DNA from: Chiloscyllium plagiosum
Taxonomy: Eukaryota
Direction: 5' to 3'
Length of the DNA stretch: 64,000 bases
Assembly: GCF_004010195.1 (NCBI RefSeq)
Contig: NC_057710.1
Location: forward strand, 123,917,367-123,981,366
The notes under the pieces are model-generated. The model saw only the letters and a list, made by a program, of their open reading frames with translations, had not been told where the DNA came from and searched no databases. The translations under genes and the position numbers were made by a program. Below, one piece after another: positions 1 through 12,316 of the stretch. How positions within the stretch are numbered: position 1 is the first letter of the stretch; each line of letters opens with the position of its first letter.

Positions 1-331
1 ATCCACGCATCAATGAATTTAATACATGCCGTGACGTCGAACACTTCTTCCGCTGCCTCCGCCTCTGTGCTTACTTTCACAATCAGGACTCCTGCCCACC
101 TTCCGAGGACCCCTTCGCCCGCCTCCAACACACTGCATCCACCTGGACACCCGTGCTGGCCTATTACCCGCCCTCGACCTCTTCATTTCCAACTGCCGCC
201 AGGGCATTAACTGCCTCAACCTGTCTACCCCCCTCCCCCACTCCAACCTCTCACCCTCACAACGTGCAGCCCTCCAATCCCTTTGCTCCAATCCCGACCT
301 CACCATCAAGCCAGCAGATAAAGGCGGCGCA

Positions 332-1287
332 GTGGTAGTCTGGCACACTGACCTCTACACCGTTGAAGCCAAACACCAACTCGAGAACACCTCTTCCTAC
401 CGCCGCCTTGACCATGACCCCACCCCCCATCACCAAACCATCATCTCCCAAACCATACAGAACCTCATCACCTCAGAAAATCTCCCACACACAGCTTCCA
501 ACCTCATAGTCTGGGAACCCCGCACTGCCCGGCTCTACCTCCTTCCCAAGATCCACAAGCCTGATCACTCTGGCCGACCCGTTGTCTCAGCATGCTCCTG
601 CCCCACTGAACTCATTTCTACCTACCTCAACACTGTCCTATCCCCCCTAGTCCAGGAACTCCCCACATACGTTCGAGACACCACCCATGCCCTCCACCTC
701 CTCCAAGACGTCTGTTTTCCCAGCCCTCAATGCCTCATCTTCACCATGGATATCCAATCCCTCTACACCTCCATCCGCCATGACCAGGGCCTCCAAGCCC
801 TTTGTTTATTCCTCTCCCGACATCCCCAACAGTACCCTTCCACTGACACTCTCATTCGTTTGGCCGAACTGGTCCTCACCCTCAACAATTTCTCCTTCGA
901 ATCCTCCCACTTCCTCCAGACCAAAGAGGTAGCCATGGGCACATGTATGGGCCCCAGCTATGCCTGTCTGTTTGTTGGCTACGTAGAACAGTCAATCTTC
1001 CGTAAGTACACCGGCACTACTCCCCACCTCTTCCTCCGCTACATTGATGACTGCATTGGCGCCACATCATGCTCCCACGAGGAGGTTGAGCAATTCATCA
1101 ACTTCACCAACACATTCCACCCTGAACTTAAATTTACCTGGACCATCTCTGACACCTCCCTCCCCTTCCTGGACCTCACCATCTCCATTAATGACGACCG
1201 ACTTGACACCAACATTTTTTACAAACCCACCGACTCCCACAGCTACTTGGATTACACCTCTTCCCACCCTACCTCCTGCAAAAATGC
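332..1287 (+). pseudogene. PLE reverse transcriptase reading frame (open up to the gap; upstream part frameshifted)
   Basis: ORF 332..2095 has real sequence only to 1287 and contains the YIDD catalytic motif. The GIY-YIG domain is expected inside the gap (inference). Confidence 0.85.
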
Positions 1288-1999
1288 NNNNNNNNNNNNN
1301 NNNNNNNNNNNNNNNNNNNNNNNNNNNNNNNNNNNNNNNNNNNNNNNNNNNNNNNNNNNNNNNNNNNNNNNNNNNNNNNNNNNNNNNNNNNNNNNNNNNN
1401 NNNNNNNNNNNNNNNNNNNNNNNNNNNNNNNNNNNNNNNNNNNNNNNNNNNNNNNNNNNNNNNNNNNNNNNNNNNNNNNNNNNNNNNNNNNNNNNNNNNN
1501 NNNNNNNNNNNNNNNNNNNNNNNNNNNNNNNNNNNNNNNNNNNNNNNNNNNNNNNNNNNNNNNNNNNNNNNNNNNNNNNNNNNNNNNNNNNNNNNNNNNN
1601 NNNNNNNNNNNNNNNNNNNNNNNNNNNNNNNNNNNNNNNNNNNNNNNNNNNNNNNNNNNNNNNNNNNNNNNNNNNNNNNNNNNNNNNNNNNNNNNNNNNN
1701 NNNNNNNNNNNNNNNNNNNNNNNNNNNNNNNNNNNNNNNNNNNNNNNNNNNNNNNNNNNNNNNNNNNNNNNNNNNNNNNNNNNNNNNNNNNNNNNNNNNN
1801 NNNNNNNNNNNNNNNNNNNNNNNNNNNNNNNNNNNNNNNNNNNNNNNNNNNNNNNNNNNNNNNNNNNNNNNNNNNNNNNNNNNNNNNNNNNNNNNNNNNN
1901 NNNNNNNNNNNNNNNNNNNNNNNNNNNNNNNNNNNNNNNNNNNNNNNNNNNNNNNNNNNNNNNNNNNNNNNNNNNNNNNNNNNNNNNNNNNNNNNNNNN
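1288..1999. other. Assembly gap (712 N)
   Basis: Run of N. Confidence 1.
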
Positions 2000-2085
2000 C
2001 CCATTCATTTATTGTACTCTTTGCTATTTTCACCCCACCCCCACCCTCCTCTCATTCATCTCTCCACCCTTCAGGCATTCTGCCT

Positions 2086-2128
2086 GTATTCCTGATGAAG
2101 GGCTTTTGCCCGAAATGTCGATTTTACT
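2086..2128 (+). ncRNA. Minimal type I hammerhead ribozyme motif of the PLE terminus
   Basis: gtattc-CTGATGA(2092-2098)-a-GGGC tttt GCCC-GAAA(2112-2115)-tGTC-ga: intact core, 4-bp stem II, very short stem III, as known for PLE hammerheads. Confidence 0.75.
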
Positions 2129-3231
2129 GCTCCTCGGATGCTGCCTGAACTGTTGTGCTTTTCCAGCACCACTCTAATCTAGACACATGTATTTAGCCCA
2201 GACAGGCAACGCTTTAAAATGTTGGTGCAACACTCTTCCAGCTTGAAAAAAATTGAAGATGTTTTTGGCTTTTCTGTAATTCATCAATATTCAATCAATG
2301 GTGCTATTCATTTTGAGAAGAATGTCAGATCGTTTAATGACTCACAACCAGGTGTGTTAGAAAGTTTGTGGAAAATTTAATTCGCAATTGTTCTAGCTAA
2401 TCAATGTAGACAGAGAAACAGTCAAAGATCAATATTTCCAGTTTTCTGTCTAGCTATGAATCGAGAGGGCAGATATGTGTATGGTCCATGTTTGTTTGTT
2501 AGATTGTAGGAAAGCACCCTGGTTTATTTTTAGTTTGAAGTCAATCAAATTCGGAGAAATCATTGACTAGTAAAATGATGCTTAATCCAATAGTTTGTGC
2601 ACTTTGGTAGGTTTCAATATTTGTTGTGCCAAAAAGGTTATGAACTTAATTCAATTGAATTGACATTTATAATAGTTGGGACTCTGTTCACTTGCTTATT
2701 GTAAATTGAAGCAGCTTGACAATTTGCATCTGGCTTCTCATTCAGATTGCAAAAAGTGCACATATGAAATATAAGGTCGTCACTTCACATTACACAAAGC
2801 TTTCACTGTCCTGGGTCATAGGGTTAGATATTCGACAGTTACATACAACATATGAATAAGGAACAGGTGTATGCCATTTAGCCCCTCAAGCCTGTTCCAC
2901 CACTCAATAAAATCATGCCGGCTTTGACTGTAAACTCCAATCCAAATTCCCACCTACAGCTTGATAGTCTTTCAATCCCTTGCTTAGCAAGAATCTATCT
3001 GTCCCTGCCTTGGAAATATCAAAGGATTCTGCCATCACTACCCTTCCAAGAAAAGAGATTTGAAAACTCATGAAGGACTGAAAGGCAAAACAAAAGTTCC
3101 TAATCTCAATTTTTAATGGGCCACACCTGATTTTTAACAGTGGCCCCCGTTCTAAGTTCTCCCATAATAGGAAACATCCTTTCTACATGTATCATATGAA
3201 AACCACTCAGCTTTTATGTCAGGAATCTTAA

Positions 3232-5273
3232 AGGACCCTGAATTATGTGGGCTTTAGCAAGAATTCTGGGAAAACTGCATAACAAGTCCAGCAAGGCATT
3301 TCTGAACTAGCTGCAATTTCCAACTCAGTCCCAGATGTTGAGATGAGGCTCTCTCTACACAGTGGCGAGATGCCTATTAATGGTGATTATTGATAGTTAA
3401 CAGTCTCATTAACATCAGTCTTGCTTTTTTAATACACCATTTTCTATCTTGGCACTCACTCCTAGGAAACTAGATGTCAACATTTGTTACGATGAAAATC
3501 TGAGCACGTACCATGTGACTCCAGCTCCCCATTTGTGCCTCCAGTCCTTCGGATTGGACACTAGCAACAACAGCTCAAGACACGCTCCAGGGCACCAGCC
3601 ACATGCACATCTTGACCATTGACTTTGGTATCTGACACATGCCACCTCTGTAATCTACTTGCAGAATGCTTCTGAATTTCAAATCTTCACCTCAGGGTGC
3701 AACAAACATTGCATTGTTGCCACAAGGACACTTTGTATGCAGGGACGCTTTGCACACAGCGTATTCACTGGACCAGGCTGTGTAACAGGGCTGATCATTT
3801 GGCCTCTTAACCCTCACTCACTTTCAGCCCAACTGGATGCTCAGAGCATTCTTATCTTACCATGCCTTGCTTTGTCTTTGTAGCTTTGCACATTCACCAA
3901 GAGATAGCAGGATCATAGTACTTCTGTCTTGTCTTGCTGTTTAGTGCAAACACAAAGCCAGAAGCTTTTCCTGGTTGTCAGCAGGCCTCAGTCACAACAA
4001 GGGATCCTTCTGTTGGGGATCCTAGCATATTTAATCCAGGGACACCTTCGTTACCAATTGAGGGGCTTGGGCACAGTCAGTCAGTCAGTTAGAAAGGGCA
4101 GGGTCAGGATCCCTTACTCGTAAGGGGTGAAAGGCTAAATGTCAAGTGACTCACTACCAGTTGTGCTGGAATTTCTCCTGGAATGAGAGAAAGGGAGGGA
4201 TTGATTGAAATGAAAGTGGATGGCACAACATTTAGTAGTGGGCGAGGTGGCGGAAATGTGACAAGTTATCCTGAGTGAGTTAGTGGACAGCACAGAGGAC
4301 ATGCAGGGGAGTCCATTTGGGATGTGTCAGAGCATATAAGGTAAGATGATGCCTGCAATAGTGAGAATATTGATAAAAGGTGGCAAACAATGTCTGGCGA
4401 AGACAAAGGAAACTCTGGTAGAGGTCTGTAGTAGTACTGATGTGCAACTCAGCCATCTAGAAATCTCTCTCCTAGCTAGTGCTTGTCCTCCACGAAGTTT
4501 TACCCAGCAAAGTGAATTATCAGTGGTCTTGGGACCAAAATGATCTCAACCTATTCTCAAACTTTAAATGGATACGAAACACAATTCACTGGCTTGCAGC
4601 CAGAATGGAATGGAAGTGCACGATTAGTGGGCCACTTTTGATAAGCACAACTGGTGCTGCGAGATGAACTGACATAGAGTAGGAGCTGTAGTGAGAGGTG
4701 AGTGCAATAGCAGAGATACAGTGAGTGTGAGGGAATCAGTGAAAGATGATGGCACTTACCCTCATAAAATGGAGAAGGTCAGTGATCTGGGCATTCCTCT
4801 AGATGGTTGAGACTGCTCTAATCTGGGTAGCAATCTTGACCCAGGCTGGCAGTATCTGGTGCTGTGGCCTTCAGTTCCAGTCCTGGATGTAGAGTTTAGC
4901 CCTCCTGTGCATCAACCCGTCCATCAGGACCTCTAGCTCTCTGTGAGGAAAGTAAGACACCAATTTCCCCTGCTCTGTCATTTCTGGCATAAATGCTGCT
5001 TACTGTGCAGGACAACTCGAGACTGCCTTTTAAAGATTCTACTCCATTGGGAATGATTCTGGGATACCCTGGAAAGCGGTGAGTTCCTCTAAGTATGGAG
5101 AAGGATAGAATTGAGCTAGCATCTAATGTGAGTATCACCATGTAGGGCAGTGTAGATAGTAAATGAGGTGGATTTGGATGATTTGGTGAGAAATTTCACT
5201 TTGCCTGATTAAGAGAAACCCTCTGTGAGACTTGAAATTAACAATTAGCCAAAATATGCCAAAATTCAGTCCT
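3232..5273 (-). mobile_element. Degenerate PIF/Harbinger DNA transposon
   Basis: Imperfect terminal inverted repeats (aggaccctgaatta / aaaattcagtcct), a Myb/SANT-like exon inside, and an internal segment resembling 22750-22830. Confidence 0.55.
4760..4981 (-). pseudogene. Harbinger Myb/SANT-like DNA-binding protein, exon 1 fossil
   Basis: Minus strand reads MTEQGKLVSYFPHRELEVLMDGLMHRRAKLY...PAWVKIATQIRAVSTI*RNAQITDLLHFMR, followed directly by a GTAAGT donor. It has two in-frame stops. Confidence 0.7.
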
Positions 5274-6112
5274 ATAGGTTTGCATCCACTGTAGATTAAA
5301 AGGTAATTCGATCAAAACATAAGCTGTCCAAGCTTTCCTCATAAGACAACCTGCCCATTCTAGGTATTAGTCAAGTAAACCTTTGACTTATCTGACATAT
5401 TTATTGTTAAGTGTTTTGTTACAAAATATAGTAAAAAGTGTTGTTTGGTGATGTCACTCTCCAGTGTCATCTTAAAACACAGAAAACATCTTCATTATGA
5501 GTCTTTGCTGGACCTCACCAATGCAGATGCCACCAATGCTGCCGGTTACCATACCTGCCCAAACTGGATTCTGCTGCTGCAATGAGTCTACTTTGGGCCC
5601 CCCTCGCTGATGCAGTCACTACTAATGCCGCCAAGTGGGCCCAAATTCATCTCCACCACTGCCTCCATGAAGCTACTCTGGCAGCAGACACTGTTGGGAA
5701 CCCAAATCTACCTCTGCAGCAGCAGTCATGAGCCAGCATTGCTAGGCCTACTGGAATTCACGGTGCTGGGCTCATTCACTGCTGCCGATGCTGTCGCTGT
5801 GACTGACCTCTTCACCGAGAGGTAAGTTAGTTAAAATAGAAGAGAAAAAAGAGAGAGAAAAAAGAAAAGAAACTAAAAGTGGACAAAGTAGATGAGCCCC
5901 AGACTCAGAAGCCCCTACTCCACCACCACCTTACCTCAATTTCTTCCCGTGCATTTATGTTCATCCTTAAATAAGGTGTGGTCTCAGCAGTGCCCTTTTT
6001 AACTGAAGCATAACCCTTATTACTTATATATTCAATTCACGTCATGATATATGATGGCGTTCTATTACCTTCCTTAATTACTTGCTGTATCTGCATACTT
6101 TGTTATTTATAT

Positions 6113-6375
6113 AAATGATTCAGATGTGAACATAGGACGTATAGTTAGTAAGTTTAAGACGATACTAAAATTGGAGGTGCAGTGGACAGCAAAGAAGGTT
6201 ACCTCAGATTACAACAGGATCTTGATCAGATGGGCCAATGGGCTGAGAAGTGACAGATGGAGTTTAATTTAGATAAGTGTGGGATACTGAATTTTGGAAA
6301 GGCAAATCAGGGCAAGACATAGACACTTATTAGTAAGGTTGTGGGGAGAGTTGCTGAACAAAGAGACCCCTTGGA
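6113..6375 (+). mobile_element. CR1 LINE RT fragment
   Basis: Degenerate SKFxDDTKIGG...LQQDLDQMGQWAEK motif. Confidence 0.8.
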
Positions 6376-6640
6376 ATGCAGGTTCATAAATCTATGCCCT
6401 CTTGTTCTTGTTTCTTTTATGAATGGAAGTAGCCCACTCCTGATTTTGATCACCTCTATAAGATCTCCTCTTACACTTCTCTCCAAAGAGAACTGTCCTA
6501 GTTTCTTCAATTTATCTTCGTAACTGGTGTTTGTCATCCCTTAAAGTATTCTTTTAAACCACTTCTGCACTCTCTCCAATGCGATCACATCCTTTCTGTT
6601 ATTTGGTGCCCAAAACTATACACAATTAACTGGTGGGCTG
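6376..6640 (-). mobile_element. CR1 LINE ORF2 3' fragment
   Basis: ORF 6307..6537 reads SYEDKLKKLGQFSLER...RGDLIEV...TRTRGH. Confidence 0.8.
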
Positions 6641-6649
6641 TTCTTTACA

Positions 6650-9600
6650 TCCCCTTTTCAATAAGGATATAAAGTTTGCTGTTCTCCATTCCTTAAGCAC
6701 CATCCTGAATCCAGAACAGATTGAAAGATAATTTCAGTGCCATGCAGTTTCACTGACACTTTCTTCAATATCCTTAATACATCTCATTTGGTCCCAGTGC
6801 CTTATCAACTTTAAATACTAACAGCTTATCCAACATCATTTTGAAACTCTTTTAGTTACTGAGTTTCTTCCTTTGTCAGCATGACAGGTAGCATCTGCCT
6901 TGTAAATAAAGACAGATGAGAAGTATTCATTTAAGACTGCAACCATGCTTTTTGCTTCTGTGTAAATCCCCTTTTTAGCTTCTAATATACCTTATTCCTC
7001 CCTTTACCACCTTTTTTTGGATGGATGTACGTAGACAACTTTGAAATTTCCTTTTAAGTTAACCATCAACCTTTTTTCATAAATTTTCTTTATTTCTCAT
7101 ATTTGTATTTGCATTTTCCCTCTGAACCTTTGGTTTTCAACTTTGTTCTGAATTGTATTTATGACTATTCACCTATCAAAAGCACCCCTTTTAACTTGAT
7201 TTCTATCTCTTTTGTCACCCAGAGCTCTGGTTTTGTTTGTCCTCCCTGTCTTTTTTGGGGAAATATATCCTTATTGTGTCCAAACTATTTCCGATTTGAA
7301 GATAGCCCATTGATCCATTTCTGATTTTCCCAACAGCCATTGGTTCCAGGTGATCCACTCAACTCTGTTATTATTGAAGTTGACTCTCTGCCAGTTGATT
7401 ATTCTTACACTAGATTGGCCAATGTCATTTTCTATTGTCATCCTATCATGCAGTGATCACTGACTTGTAAATGTTCTCCGCTGTCATTTCATCTACTTGA
7501 GTTCACATAATTTCCAAGAACCAGATATAGCACTGCCTCCTTTCTTGTTAGGCTGTAAGAAATTTTCCTGAACCCAATGCAGCAATATTTGTACCTTGCT
7601 GCCCATTACGCTGCCACTATCCCAATTGATACAAGAACATAGTAAAAACTAGGAGCAGGAGTAGCCATCTGGCACTTTCAGCCTCCTCCACCATTCAACA
7701 AGATCATGCTGATCATTTCTTGGCCTCATCTCCACTTCCCCGCCCTCTCACTGTAACCCATAATTCCTTCATTGTTCAAAAAGTATCTATCTTAGCTTTC
7801 AAAACATTTACTGAAGTCGCATCAACTATTCCACTGGGCAGGGAATTCCATAGATTCACCACCCTCTCAATTCAGTCCTAAGTCTACTCCCCCTAATTTT
7901 GAGGCTATGCCCTATTGTCCTAGTTTCATCTGCAAGTGAAAACATCCTCTCTATGTCTATTTTATCTATTCCCTTCATAATTGTATATGTTTTTATAAGA
8001 TCCCCCCTCATTTTTGTAAATTCCAATGAATATACTCCCAGTTTATTCAGTCCCCCGTCATAAGTCAACCCCCTCCACTCCAGAATCAACCTAGTGAACC
8101 TCCTCTGCACCCACTCTAGTGCCAGTGCATCCGTTCTCAAGTAAGGACACCAAAACTGTACAAACTACTCCAGGTGTGGCCTCACCAGCACTCTATACAA
8201 CTGTAACTTAACCTCCCTGCTTTTAAACTCTATCCTTTTAGCAATGAAGGACAAAATTCCATTTGCCTTCCTAATTACCTGTTGTACCTGCAGACCAATC
8301 TTTTGTGATTCATGCACATGGACACCCAGGAGCCTCTGCATAGCAGCATGCTGCAACCTTTTACCATTCAAGTAATAATCCCTTTTACTGTTACTCCTAC
8401 CAAAATGGGTGGCTTCACATTTATTAACATAGTATTCCATCTTCCAGACCTTTGCCCACTTATTTAAAGTATCTATGTTCCTCTGCGAAGTTTCACAGTC
8501 CTCTGCACACTTTGTTCTGCCACTCATCTTCGTGTCATCTGCGAACTTTGGCACACTACACGTGGTTCCCTACTCCAAGGCATCTATATAAATTGTGAAT
8601 ATTTGAGATCCCAACACTGATCCCTGAGGCAAACGACTAGTTACTAACTGCCAGCCAGAATAGCACTCATTTATCCCCACTCTTTGCTTCTTGTTAGTCA
8701 ACTAATCCTCTGTCCATGCTAATACTTTGCCCAAAGCACCATGCATCTTCATCTTATACAGCATCCTCTTGACAAAGGCCATTTGGAAAGCTAACACCAC
8801 ATCTACTGGGTCCCCATTGTCCACCGTGCTCGTAATGTCTTCATAGAATTCCAAAGATTAGTTAAATATGACCTGCCTTTCATGAACCCATGCTGCATCT
8901 GCCCAATAGGACAATTTCTATGTAGGTGCCTTGCTATTTTTTTCTTGATATATTAGCCATTAAAGTTTCTCACAATATCTGCTCAATGAATTTTGCATTC
9001 TTTGTCATTTCCTTGGAAATATGTTCCTGTATATATCATTCCCACAGGTTGATGGTCTTTATATTACACTGAACAATTTAATTGCATATTTCTTATTGCA
9101 TGGTTGTCACTAAATCGCTGCTGTCCTCAAAACCTCTGGAGCATTCTCTTACTGTAATGCTCTCCTTAACCAAAACTCCTACCCAACTTCCCTTTTTTTG
9201 CCTTTCTGAACACTTTGTAAGCAGGAACATTTAACACCCAGACTGGCCTTTCATTAAACCACATCTCTGTTACAGGACATCTGTGCCTGTAACTCTCCAG
9301 TCATATGAACTGGACTCCATGCATTCACATATATGCAGAGTAACTCTGATTTAGACTTCATTACATTCTCCCTTCCCCTGAATAAACCTATCCATTTACT
9401 ACTCTGTTTTAGAGATAACTATCTCTCCCAGCATTTTGTACAACTAACATTACTTTCTAATATTCTCTCTGGTACTCTCACCATTGCTGATTTAGTCTGA
9501 ACAATGGCATTATGCCCCATAATGGACTGAGTCCTGTCTCTGTTCAGATGTAACTCTTCTGGCTTGTTTACATGTCATCTACCCCAGAGCTAGTCGTAGT

Positions 9601-10720
9601 GTCCCAGAAATTTAAATGTCTCCCTCCTGCACCATTTTTCCAGGCACGCATTCATCTTATCTACATATTCCTGTACACACTCACACATGGCACTGGGTGT
9701 AATCTGGAGATGATAAATTTAGAGATTTTGCTTGCAAAAGTTTGAATTTTTCCCATTCAAGTTTTTGCATCTTGCTGCTCTAGTAGCCTATTCTACGGTA
9801 CTCATGAAATTCCCTGGGAGGAAATTGGTTCCAGTTCTGGTGGGGTGCAATCCATCCAGTTCAATGCCTCAAGAGTCTAAATCTCTTCCTCCTACACTAT
9901 CCTTCCAGCCACATATAAACCTGTCTATTTTCTATTCCACATTTTGTCAACATATAGCACTGGAATGACTCCGGAAATTATTACGTTTGAAATCCTGCTC
10001 TCTCATTTATTTCTTAGATCCCTATTATCTGATTTACAGGAATTCATCCCACTTCTTACCCATGTTATTGGTACTATCATGGACTATAACCTCTGGCTGA
10101 TTTCCCTTTCTCCTTCAGAATGTCTTGTAGATGCTCAGTGGCATCCTTGACCTGGCACCAAGGAGGAAAAATGCCATCCTGGTATCATGACTGCAGTGCA
10201 GAAAAATCTACCAGTTCCTTTATGATAAAATCCTCTATCCCTACTGCTCTCATATACTTTAATCACCATCCAGCCCACTGCAGCTCAGTCATCATTAGTG
10301 CTATAGACTTGCTCTTATTGCATTCTTCTGAGAAACCATTTCCCTAGCAGAATCGAAAATCTTTTAGAGAGGGAGATGTCCCGAGGGTTTTCATGCACTA
10401 ACTATCTGGTGCTTTTAATCTGTTTAGCAGTCTCCATTCTCTTTTTGCCTGTGCACTTTTTAGATACATGTCCTTCTGAATATGCTAGCTATGAAGATCT
10501 CTGTCTTGCAGATACTGTACACTAACTCCAGCCATTGCTCCAGTTCTGGAACACAGATTTCCACTAATGGCTGCTGGAGACTCTTTCTGTCCATATAATC
10601 ACCCTGAACACTAAGTCCCAGACTTCCAACATCACCCATGAGGTGAATTCCACTTCGCTGAACTGTCCTGCCATAATCTATCCTTAAATTACTCTCTTTG
10701 CATTTACTTCCTCTATTAAA
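6650..10720 (-). mobile_element. Old degenerate CR1 (endonuclease/ORF1 region), interrupted by a younger CR1 at 7632-8944
   Basis: CR1-like sequence is continuous across both junctions of the younger insert and is heavily decayed. Confidence 0.55.
7632..8944 (-). mobile_element. CR1 LINE, 5'-truncated (RT to 3' end)
   Basis: ORF 8165..8554 (KFADDTK...LYRVLVRPHLE) and ORF 7856..8140 (VQRRFTR...RGDLI). Flanked by ttgata repeats at 7626-7631 and 8945-8950. Confidence 0.9.
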
Positions 10721-11959
10721 CATATACTAGGGACCTTACCTTGTGTTTGTGACATCAGTAGAATAGATGGAGCCAACATAATATGGAAATGAACCCCTTC
10801 AGCACCATTACCTTATACAACAACCAGAACTACCCACATTTTTAAGGGTCTTTAATTTATTGAACTCTGTTTCAGTCCCTGTGTTTCGTGCAGTGGGAGT
10901 TTAGCAGAAATCATTGGAAAAAGGATGGAGTCTGGTTATGCTAGGTCCCAGTTGATTGAGATTTCTGGATAGCCTCAAAAGCAATAGAAGCACTGCCTGT
11001 TCCTAAAAAAGTGAAAAATATCAAGAGGTATGGAGCTAGTGATGAGGTCTTGGTATGCTTATTATGGTCTTATTTTCCCAGCACAGGTGCAATATTGGTG
11101 TCTAGATATGGTCAAGTGGGTGCACTGGGAGGGTGGAGGTCAAGACTAGAGAATTGATTTGGATAATTGAAGAAAAGATTTGAATTAAGATTTCTCACAC
11201 CAGGGATAAGAACTTTGGTATCTTTAATCCTAATATCAAACAGGACCTAATTTGCTGCCGCAGGTGTCACATGAATACCAGAGATGCTTCAGTAGCAGAG
11301 GAGATACCTGGAACCCCATGCAGTGTCCTCACATTGATCATGCAAACGCCAACAGCACGCTGTGAATGCATAATGCTAAAAATGTTTTTTACGATAACCT
11401 TTATTGCCAAATATAATTTCATACTTCCTAGATTCTATTGCCACATAAACAATAACCCACCATAAAAATTTTAAAAATCAGAATAATTTAATTGTGTCAA
11501 TCAGGTTTATTTAATCATCACCCCTTTTTTGATGTTTTTGGTCTTCTTTATCCCTCAAAGCTTTTTTCCTCAACTTCTTGACTGGCTGCCAAATAAGCAA
11601 ACATTAAAAAGAAAGAACACTTTTGTACATTGAATTCAGCAAATCACCTATTTTAGGTATGCAATCAGAAATGTTAAGGATCCGATCTTTAAAAGAAAGT
11701 ATCAATTAATTATAGATACTAATTTTGTTGGTTTTGTTTAAGATTCTACCAGTCATTTGAGAAACACTCTTCCATGTTCCTTCAGTAGAATACAACCTGC
11801 ACAAAACTCCTTAGTCCAGGGCCACTGATAGTGACCAAACGAAGCAGGCTTTGTAAGTTCTCACAGCAGCAAATTCTAGACAAGAATGATACATTCTTGT
11901 TAAGTAATGTTTTAAAGGAATGTAGAGCAAAATTGACTAATTAGTGTTGAAGCACAACA

Positions 11960-12316
11960 GGTTAGCCATAGCCCCTAAAGCTCCTTCTCTATTAGAGAGA
12001 GGCAATTTGTTGAAGGAGTTGAAACTTTATTGCTGGAACAGCACAGCAGGTCAGGCAGCATCCAGGGAACAGGAGAATCGACGTTTCGGGCACAGGCCCT
12101 TCTTCAGGAATGAGCAGAGAGTGTTCAGCAGGAGAAGATAAAAGGTAGGGAGGAGGGACTTGGAGGAGGGACGTTGGAAATGTGATATGTTGAAGGACAC
12201 CACTCCACAAACATGGGCAAGGTAAGGAGGCAGGCATGGTTCTACAGGGATTGAACCCACACAGTTAGCATCCTTCTACATCTACAATCATTTAGCCAAC
12301 TGAACTAACTGATCCA
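11960..12316 (-). mobile_element. Old tRNA-headed SINE, interrupted by a PLE terminus
   Basis: B-box-like 'gggattgaaccc' and head 'agccaactgaactaac' on the minus strand. Same family as 44932-45287. Confidence 0.5.
12018..12187 (-). mobile_element. PLE 3' terminal fragment with intact hammerhead motif and 10-bp TSD
   Basis: TSD tgttgaagga at 12008-12017 and 12188-12197. Minus strand 12078-12108 reads cCTGAAGA-a-GGGC ctgt GCCC-GAAAC-GTC-ga. Confidence 0.85.

Larger units (their letters stand above)
1..2185 (+). mobile_element. Penelope-like retroelement (PLE): RT region, assembly gap, 3' terminus with hammerhead
   Basis: Translation gives IKPADKGGAVVV, LYLLPKIHK, RPVVS, FTMDIQSLYTSI, AMGTCMGPSYACLF, FLRYIDD, LPFLD and FYKPTDSHSYL, all typical PLE RT motifs. 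After the gap is a PLE-type terminus with CTGATGA...GAAA. Confidence 0.93.
2850..5390 (-). mobile_element. Old CR1 LINE 3' fragment (2850-3230 and 5275-5390) split by a Harbinger-like insertion
   Basis: CR1 3' UTR-like 'gaataaggaacaggtgtatgccatttagcccctcaagcctg'. CR1-like sequence resumes after 5275 (ttcctcataagacaacctgcccattctagg). Confidence 0.6.

Noticed and set aside
1044..2177. Long ORFs of 250-587 aa spanning 1044-2177 on both strands
   Set aside because: Their length comes from reading through 712 Ns. Only the PLE RT frame up to 1287 is real.
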